A stretch of 60,122 nt of DNA, the filler included, from Sphacelaria rigidula (lineage: Eukaryota), in the NCBI GenBank assembly GCA_964200075.2. It is 10 parts of 10 records of this genome, joined end to end, with 100 filler letters (N's around TTAATTAATTAA, not from the genome) between each part and the next. Parts side by side here need not be neighbours in the genome. Positions count along the whole stretch, not along the records: positions 48,179 to 54,100 come from CAXNAA020023466.1; positions 54,201 to 60,122 come from CAXNAA020023467.1; 8 more parts are not named here. One strand, given 5' to 3'. Under the pieces are notes generated by a model. It had not been told where the DNA came from, did no database searches, and was given only the letters and a program-made list of their open reading frames with translations. Positions 51,318 to 60,122 of the stretch are shown piece by piece; position 1 is the first letter of the stretch; the number at the start of each line of letters is the position of its first letter. The position numbers and the translations under genes are program-made.

Positions 51318-53487
51318 GTAAGTGTTATACATGTATTTTTTCCCGTAATACTTCCAACCCCACCCTCCCCCTTCCTTGGCTAGACATATTGATATCCTCA
51401 ATTGAAGATGGCCTCTTTTGATGGTGTGGGGTTCTTCAGACACGGTTGCTGCTGTTTTTGTTTGTTGTGATTTCCCGGAGTTTCGAAGCTCCAGGAATAT
51501 AAAGTGGGACACATCGTGGCTGTGATGAGAACACACCGCACTATGTCCTTCAATCTTCCACCACCGCACCCGTTCAAATACTCGTTTGATGTCGATCCTC
51601 ATGGGCGCCCTCTCGTCTACCCCGATGTCTCTTTGTCGCTTGTCCCGCTTTTGCGCAATTGTCATCTTCGTGCAGCCCCCCGAAGCCCATGGGTAACCTC
51701 AAGAACCTGCCTAAGGCTCTCTAAAGTCATTGGGATTCAGCGGGAAGCATGTGGTGACCAATTATGGAAGGGCGCCATGCTTCGTTGATCTTACAGTTTG
51801 GAGCAATCAATCACAGTTCACCACGAGCACCGAATGTTTTTGAGCGTTGTTTCTTCTGTGGTTCTTCCTCCATTTCCATGCGTTTGGTCTTGTGAGGGGA
51901 GGGGGGGGGAGGGGGGGGGGGGGCTGGGATATCGTGGGTACCGCACGACACGAGGCGGGCAGTGCCCAGAGACCATTTCAAGGCATGCCGTTTTTTTCGC
52001 GGTTTTCCACCAGTGCAAGTCACGGCAAAAACGTATGGAAGATATTCTACTGCGGTTGTGCTGCGTAAGCTCGGTTGGTGTGCATTCGAAGAACTTTTTG
52101 GTTTTTGACCTGAGAATGGGTGTAGCACACGTTTTACTCTGCCCGGTGGGCGTTGCGGGGTGGGAGGGATAAGTGGGTAAAGAAGTGTGTGGCACTCGTT
52201 CCTGATGATGCACACGCAATGGTCGCCATGAAGCAAAACACATTTTTGTTCAAGTGGACGGTTCTTGTTTCCGTATTTTCGGATATATGTTTCCTCGCGT
52301 CTACACCTTGCGCACGCGATACAAGTGCCGTCCGTATTTTCTTTTCCTTTCGCTTTTTCTGGATTTAGTAGTCCCAGACGGTTGTTTTTTGTACCCTCTT
52401 CGAAACCCAAATGGCGTGTTTCTGGACATCGAGCATCGAATGTGTTGCAGCCAAGAATAGTGGAGAGCTTCATCACTTAAGGCCTTGCCTGATCTGGCCA
52501 ACACTGCGGAATAGAATTTAGACCACATCACAACGGGATAGACGATGACTACGGTGTACCTGCTGGACAGAAACCGGGTGGTCGGTAGGGAAGGCTGGAA
52601 TACGGGTTTTGTCGTTCCAGCGGCGAGCATAACAAGAGAGTGGCAGTCATCCTACGATGGGGGAAGGGCAGGGGGGGGTATTTGATTGCACGAAAAAAGA
52701 GGCTCATAAGTGTGTCGGACGACCCTCCACACTCGCGGTGCGCTTGTATTTGGTTCGAAACGGTGTCAATCGGTATGAATAAGGGTTATTTATCTGTAGC
52801 AAGCTTGTTCGAGCAACCGTTGCTGGTTTCAACGACCGTTTGACTTGCACCTTCGTGCAAGAAGTGGCACAAATCCCTCCCCCCCCTATCGTGAGATGAC
52901 TCGACAGTTCATGAACTCAGATTGACGTTGCACTTTTACAGCCGATTGTGAGTAAAAGAAGCTGGCCCGTGCGAAGGGAACACGATACGCATTCACAGCG
53001 AACGATCCGCGTGTCGTCGTGCAGATGCCAGGAAAAGTACAGCAAGGTAACCCGTCCGTCCCCCCTGTTTTTTGTTTTTAGCTCGGATCACAGTACGCGC
53101 GCGTGTGTAGTGGGGGCATTGCTATGAAGGAGGCGATTTATGTGCGCACCTAAAAGGCTACCTCGTACTACAAGATAATACGTCGGCGTCTAATTTATTG
53201 ATATGTGCCGGCGCATGGGGTGTATCTACATGTTGACGAAAAACGGAACGTGCGCACGGCTTGTTGTATTGACTCGTGGCGCGCTGTTTCACATCTTGGG
53301 CACATGTATCCGACCCATCTCACAGACCGCATGGCACCCATGACATACCGCCAGACGTTTTCATACACATCTACTGTGTAATGAGCGAATGTCAACAGGC
53401 CAAGTACATAAATACGCACTGTGTTGTCTGCGAGTACCATACGCGGGGGTCAAAATCTTGCAGGCCGCTCGTCCGGCGTACATAATT

Positions 53488-53743
53488 GAGCAATGCTACG
53501 GTAGGGGTGCACATTTTCGCGAAATCTTGTATGGTTCAGGGGCTCCTTACGATTCTAGATGCACAATAATATGGGTCAGGACATCCCCGTTTGCAAATTC
53601 TTTCGGGATATCCCCAGCACATTGGAATAGCAATCCGGGCGTACTCTCACGTGTTTTCATGAGTTGTGTTTTGGATGAGATGAAGGGCTCCTACCGATTC
53701 CAATCTCGGAAAATATTTGTGCACCCTTACCGTAGCACCACTC
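53488..53743. mobile_element. Second copy of the ~256-bp GAG...CTC MITE (opposite orientation). A degenerate half copy lies at ~35670-35825
   Basis: TIRs GAGCAATGCTACGGTAGGGGTGCAC / GTGCACCCTTACCGTAGCACCACTC, flanks AATT / AATC. Shares internal motifs (ggttcaggggctcct, ttctagatgcac, ttttggatgag) with 13063-13319. Confidence 0.85.
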
Positions 53744-55125
53744 AATCGCACATGAACATGGCAACCTATTCGCCAGTTGAAGTGTTTAGCATTTAATTGA
53801 GAGGGAACAAGGGTACACAACATAATATTTTCTACACCTACGTACCTACTTACTTATTTTGTACCTCTCAGGGGGAAGGGGGCAGGGTACCAGACCACCG
53901 TCCCCCTCACCCAAACTCCATACAAACCTCTGTATAAACCGATCCCACACGACACCCTTCACAAAATGGGGGCGGCATCGGAGGGGGTACCCCTGACGAG
54001 GGGGGGGGGCGTACTCATTTGTTGCTCGCCTTCGTCGTTCGACCATTGACCACGCATCCCTTTCCAGACGGAGCATCTTTCCTATTCCTAATAGAGACAC
54101 NNNNNNNNNNNNNNNNNNNNNNNNNNNNNNNNNNNNNNNNNNNNTTAATTAATTAANNNNNNNNNNNNNNNNNNNNNNNNNNNNNNNNNNNNNNNNNNNN
54201 CCCGGCATTGTATTGATGCGAGGTCAATGGTCTTATGACTATGGCATGCATGATCATGAGTACACCCCCTCATGTTGTGGCTACACCAAGGATATACCCG
54301 GAAATTCAGCTAATAATTCTGCGCGGGTTCGTCGTTGACGTTTTGTACTAGGTTCGTAATAATTCAACATGTGTTTGAGAAGAAAAAGAAGACCATTCAG
54401 ATACCTTCCGAGGCTATATGGACACAATTGCCAGGAACCCCACCAGTATTGGCTGTACCGTACTACGATGCCGTAGAATATGGTGTATGGGACCCCGGGT
54501 TATGAGATACTATAGATACCAACATGGCGCGAAAAATAGTCGAAAGCGTATCCAATGGTTGACTGCCTGTAGAATAGAGTTTTCTGATCTGTCAGTGGTT
54601 CCATCTGCCGTATGCATCGATAGCAAATGTTCGCCGCAATCAAAATAGCAACAGAAAGTAATATATAAATTCCGGACTGGATTCTGAGTGTTTTTGTCAA
54701 CATTTTAAATGCCCCAGGTGTGTTGTGTTAAATATACATATACATATATATAAAAATAATGATATATAAACTTTTCCAAAACTGTTCACGCCGTGACAAA
54801 CTAGATGCAAACACGAAAATGGTCCACGCTAAGACAAGCAAAGACAACGGAGTTCCCAACGAGGCAAAGAGTTGAAATGGTGAGTATACAAGAGACACCG
54901 CGCAAAGACAGGAAAAAAACGGATCTTCGAAAAGCCCCATGAAGCATTACTAACCAAACATATAGGCACACATACATACACCTACCGAGCGAGATTGAGT
55001 TGAATCCTCGAAATTGCGGACTCGGGAAGAGGACCGTTGAAAGTACACGTATTTTGCTTCGAGCGCGTGTAGCTCTCATCCACACACGCGCGAATTCCGT
55101 GCGGTGCAAAACTCGAACGCCTCAC

Positions 55126-58021
55126 CTCCTTCAGTGCTAACAGAGAGCGGTTCAGGGTAGGTCCCTCCGTCAGCCTGAGGTCATCTGCGGAATTGATGAG
55201 CTTGTGGGTAGAGGGGGCCTCCACGAGAAGGAAGTCTGAGTGCAGGTTCGTGTACTGCTCGACGGATTCGCCTTCTCGTTGTGTGAGTGAAATGTGCAGG
55301 ACGGCCGACGCTGCCTCTTGAGCCGGGCCGCTCGGTAGTACCTGCATTTTTGTTTTTTAATCGTATCACGAGTAAAATATTCCCTTCCTCGGAATGAGTC
55401 GGTGGTCTCAAGGAATCATCGCATCTCTCCATTTCAGTCGTCACACCCCGCACCGCGTCGGCTGTCGACCGCAAACGTGTAGCCAAGCCGACTGACTGCC
55501 TTTGTTGCCCGCCTCGTTCAACGACGGAAATCAAATAAATACAGGTATTTCTGAGAAAAACGCAATACTAGATGCATCTGGCGGGAATTGAACCGGCGTT
55601 TTTCCAGCCCCAATGGTTTCAGTAGTACCGTCAGACCACAGGGCCGTGGCGGCCTTGGGTAGGGTACATACTGGACGCGTGAGGTCAGCGGTTACGTTCG
55701 AGAGTGCGCAGTATATTCGTTGCAAATTCTGACTGATGCTGCGTGCAGGCACAGTAGGGGACCGGCACACATTCGGACAGTGGCCCAGGTCAACCAATGT
55801 AAGTCGCCTTCTGGCTATCCGTTGTTTTGTTCATTACTTCTTGTTCTTTCTTTGTCTATTCTGTTTGTCTGTTCTAGCTTATTTTCTGTTTTCTTCACTT
55901 TTTTTCAGCAGCGAGTGTTTCTATTTTGCTTTTGGCTCGGGCACGTCCATCATGTAACCACGGCTGGATCTCTGGGGGGATCAGTTGAGGTGCAACGATC
56001 GATAGAAAAATCGATGCCTTCATAGCGAAGCCCGCGTGAGTGTGGGTATGTTCTCGGTGTGCGAGTAGTTAGTACTGGGAATGCACTCGAAGTCAAGTAA
56101 CTAGTGTTTGATAGTGTACACGATTTCGAGTGAGAACACTGTACAGTCAAGGGGTTTGATGTTGCAGTGCGGCAAGCACAACCACTTCTCAGTAGGGGAA
56201 TACCAAGACTATTTTACTCGTGCGGAAGGAGCGGGTAGTCGAAAGCTGTTGGGTCCATTTTCCGGTGATGTTGACTCAAAGTTGCTGCCGTTTTTGGCTC
56301 TGATGTTCTCTTTTTTTCATTCAAGACTGGAAATTGCATAAAAAAACAAGCAAACGAAATGCGGCCTCCTCTCGACCGACGTCCTTCTTCTGCAACGCGC
56401 GCACGTTCTGTGGGTGGACTGAACGAAAAAATTTCACGCCGTTTTCTAGAATACAACCCGAAATACTCGTAGGATCCCAGCAATAAAGTTAGAAAGTATG
56501 ACGGAAGATAATCAAGTGCAAAAACGCGACGTACTTTACTTGTGCGACGGAGGGAATACACACACACACACTTATCACTTCTTGTGCTGTCTGACCTGCG
56601 TTTTACGATTCCTCTTGCCGGTTTGCACTGCGCGACGACCGTCGCTGGGGCTTGATATCACGACTTTCGATACGCCATCCACCTCAAATCCTCTCAAGGG
56701 ATCGAGCCGAATTCTCATGTCCTGCCATCCACACGACGTGCGTGAAAGTAGGTTCCAGCCATTCAGCACATGCATGGAAAAAAAGAAAAGTGCACCGCTA
56801 TTGGCGGAAATTGCGGCGAAGAAAAAGTGCAGCTGCCTGCGGCTGCACGTCATGGCACTTTCATTTCCCACGAGGTAGATGCGCTGGATTATTTTCTGGA
56901 TAGTATGCCCCTTCTCATCTACGGGTAAGATGACGAGTTGCGCAGCAAAAACGGGACAAAGCGGGGATACATAACAGGGTAAAACAACAAAAGAGACGCG
57001 GGGAAAGAGGTATTGCTGGTGCATTAGTGAGAAACAAGGTAGGATTCGCGTGAGGTGCGAATGAGCGGCGACAGTGAGTCGAATTCGTGAGAGGAATCCA
57101 CGACTAAAAATCGCTCGTTTGGCGTCGAGCTTCATCCGCCCATTCACTATTTTGATATCCGCAGCAGGGTTTGAGAAACGTTCCAGACAGCTTCTCCGAA
57201 TTCTCCGAAACGTTCGGCGGCATTGTTATCATGAGAAACTTGCCGTAAACGTGTTCACAGCTGCACGAGTGCGTTACCAGCGATGACGCATGCGAGCCGC
57301 ATGGCAAAGGGCATCACAAAGCCAAACTTATGCTTCAAATGGAGGGAAAAATAAAACGTTGGTTTCGAGCTGTACCGCATAATCTGACATTAAAGGATTC
57401 AAGTGTGGTAGCCCAACTTCGTTGTTGTCCGGCTTGAAACCTCGACATCGCGCGGACGGCCTCGATTTGTAAACTCTAGGACAGCTCAAGACTTGCTCGG
57501 TCCTTCGGAGTGTTTTCTGAAGCGAGCTTCGAAATAAGATGCAACGACGCGAAGGTTGCTATGAATATACCATGCCCACCAGCCCAAGTGGTGCTCATGA
57601 TACGTCGTTGGCCCTGACCCCGCGGTACACTCGGCGACAACAGATGCGTATCGCCAAAGAGCATGCTTTCTCCCTTCCTTTACGCATTTCGGATTTATCG
57701 TGAAGAACTAATCAGTTATATTGCGTTCTTGTGTCTGTACATGCATAAAGGTAACTCACGATAAACAAAGAATATATATCACCACGTCCTCCGTGATATC
57801 TCAGGGCGTGTTTTGCCCTGGGAAAAAACCAAAAAAATGATACGAGGATAATAGAGCAGAAATTTCATGCTTACTCCTCTATGTTCTCTCCGTACCAGGT
57901 CTACCGCAGTCGAGCATCTCGCGAGCGCACCCCTTACATGGTTGTCGGGTCGGAGAAGATCCGTGATGGTCTCGTCGTATATCTCGTAAAACGCCAGGGC
58001 CACTTCAGACTCATAAAACCC
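55126..58021 (-). CDS. Divergent kinesin-like motor-domain protein, internal exons 58021-57938, 56721-56596, 55341-55126
   Basis: Three phase-0 exons (84, 126 and 216 nt) with canonical cag|...|gt sites: GFYESEVALAFYEIYDETITDLLRPDNH-DMRIRLDPLRGFEVDGVSKVVISSPSDGRRAVQTGKRNRKTQ-VLPSGPAQEAASAVLHISLTQREGESVEQYTNLHSDFLLVEAPSTHKLINSADDLRLTEGPTLNRSLLALKE. Matches to kinesin motifs FYEIY.E.I.DLL, G..V.G, G..NR and EG...N.SL.AL occur in the expected order. Confidence 0.85.
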
Positions 58022-58647
58022 CTGAGGACACAACGTGTGTTACACCGTGCCGGAAGGGAAGATCGCGCGCCGGAATCGAGGCTCAGTAGAAATGACCCTG
58101 GACGTCAGGGTTGACAGCATGCTACACTTTCTCGGATGCATCAAATGTGACATACATTGTTTCCGCGCTTCACAAGCTCGCCGAGAGACCAGGGCGCGTA
58201 AGACAGACCCTCATCACCACGGGAGAAAAGTCGAGAAAGAGTCACTGTACGAGTCGCCTCACGATGGGCGTGCTATTCGCCAGCTTAACAGTTCCGATTC
58301 TTGTAGCACTCTTCTTCCTACCGTGCTTTCCTCCTTGAAACGCAATCAATGTCGCACCGGGCGCAGTCGCAGCACCCACCCATGGTAACAGGTCGTTGCC
58401 AGTAAGGCTCTCAGGGCTCGAGCGAGACTGAAGATTTGAGGGCAAGGTTTTCAGGTGAGTCATCCCCATGGTACATCGGGTATTTTCCTATGTTTGACTG
58501 CGGAGGCATCTGTTCTGTGACCACGACAGGGCTAGCAGAAGATAACTTGTTATTAGATAGTCAATCAATCAGCGACGGCTGGATTCGTGAGAGGAGGAGA
58601 TCGTTTCAGACAGTGTATCGACCAATCAATCGATCTATTGAACATTT

Positions 58648-59540
58648 CACGGTTCGGACGAATCATCGCCGGTTCGAATGACCAAATCCACAATTTTTCA
58701 GACCTGATTGCTCGGAAGAGAGAAAAAAAACCGTCGCTGGTCAAAAAAAGGTCTCCACGCAATTTTTGCGCCATTCCGCGTGCCTGGGCTGCGCGTACCT
58801 GAGTTGCAACGCTGAAAACAAAGCTCAAGGATTGATTCGTACGGTACAAATCAAGCACACTAAAATCAAGTGAATTCGAGACGACTCGTTCATTTGCCGA
58901 CCCTTGGAACCCTTCGACCGCGAGGGTAGTTCATCTGGATCATGCATTCTTTTTTCAAGATAGGTTGATGCAGTTTCAACAGAGGACCCACGCACGCTCG
59001 CCGTCGAAGGGTTAAGGTACACCCGTCATCAGTCAGCTCGTAAATGCCTACAACATTCGCGCAGAGAATCTTGTGGAAGGGGGGTCAGCCGAGTATGTTC
59101 CATCCCACATATAGAGAGCGCATCGAAAAACCTTCTTCGTCACAACAAAAGCTGGGGAGAAACGGAAGCCTGTTCTCGTGGTTCGACCTCGAAATATCAC
59201 GACCGTGACGGGTCAAAGGGGTTTATCAGCGGAAGTCATACTTTGGGGGGATGGAAGATGTCTCAGTTCGGACTACAACACGGTTAAAACGAATCATCAC
59301 GATTACGAATCACCAAATCCACGATTTCTTCGGCCTGATTGCCCAAAAGGGAGAAAAAAGTTGAACGCTGGTCCGAAGGGCATCCACGCAACTTTTGCGC
59401 CATTCCACATGCCTGGGCTGCGTGTACCTGCGTTGCAACGCTGAAAACAAAGCCTAGGGATCGATTCGTACGATTGGAATCAATTACAATAAAACCAAGT
59501 AATTTCCCGACGAATCATTGATTTGTCCGACCCTTGGACT
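58648..59540. repeat. Two diverged ~265-bp direct repeats (58648-58909, 59279-59540); partial third copy at 30113-30188 (-)
   Basis: Shared blocks: cacggtt...gaatcatc, accaaatccac, ttttgcgccattcc, tgcctgggctgcg.gtacctg.gttgcaacgctgaaaacaaagc, ccgacccttgga. Confidence 0.85.
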
Positions 59541-60122
59541 ATAATAACGGTACCACGTCACCCATCATACGAATGGCATCTGGTGACGATGCGGTCTCAT
59601 TCCTACGTGCGTCTTGTACGCACAGGCATTTTGCTCAGTAAGTGAATAGTAAGACGAGACATACACTCAACACGGACAAGCGGAACAGAGGGGACGAGGC
59701 CCGGGCAAGATATATAGGGACACCCTAGCCATTCACATTCCATAAGGTACACTCAACTGGAAGTACGTGATCCGCGCAACCCGCGGGCCGGCGGGCACCC
59801 GGAAGAAACGACTGACTGCGTGTAGTACGTCATTGTAAGCGCTGGTCGCATGTTCAAGCAGACATCACCAGTAACCCAGTAACCCTGTGGCTCGCTTCTG
59901 AGGGACGTATTAATACCTCGTGGCAGTGTTGTGACCGCTCTTGACAGTAGTTGACAGCTTCAATGTTGACTGAGACCAACATTTCGAACATTTTGTCCTC
60001 ATTTTTGTGTGGAAACCACCACATAGAAGGGACAAATCCCCGCAAGCGCCTGTCAAGGACCGACGCCCGGATGGGTACGGTGACCCGTGTACAGAGTCGA
60101 GCTAGGGGACATTGTAGGAGGT

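Noticed and set aside
5924..54200. Regularly spaced TTAATTAATTAA motif every ~6022 bp, resembling a periodic array
   Set aside because: Always embedded in 44+44 N; it is an artificial concatenation linker. Gene neighbourhoods across these points are not biological.
59917..60049. Possible upstream kinesin exon (RLRGFVPSMWWFPHKNEDKMFEML...)
   Set aside because: It has AG/GT boundaries, but the phase-consistent reading contains a stop and resemblance to the GIIPR helix is weak. No P-loop found.

Overview
This window is not one continuous locus. It is ten unrelated contigs of 5922-5923 bp, apparently length-sorted and joined by artificial 100-nt linkers (44 N + TTAATTAATTAA + 44 N). Contigs: 1-5923, 6024-11946, 12047-17968, 18069-23990, 24091-30012, 30113-36034, 36135-42056, 42157-48078, 48179-54100, 54201-60122. 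The DNA is eukaryotic, with short GT-AG exons separated by repeat-filled introns of about 0.5-2 kb. A WSC-domain gene, a flagellar IFT gene and the repeat style suggest a brown alga or related stramenopile (inference). Spliced gene fragments reconstructed by hand: IFT139/TTC21B (5 in-phase exons), a TPT/SLC35-type transporter C-terminus, a WSC-domain protein, an Ala/Pro/Lys-rich protein, a 4-exon hypothetical gene, and a kinesin-like motor whose switch I and switch II motifs are both replaced (the most unusual protein signal). The rest is a dense transposon landscape: a 1.58-kb foldback element with ~460-520-bp inverted arms, GAG...CTC MITEs with 4-bp TSDs, a truncated mariner transposase, a degenerate gag-bearing retroelement with an internal inversion-duplication, tRNA-derived SINE heads, LINE-type 3' ends, and decayed SWIM/Cys-cluster coding relics. 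I found no evidence for a multi-gene novel system, and neighbourhoods across linkers are meaningless. Most ORFs in the supplied six-frame track are spurious.
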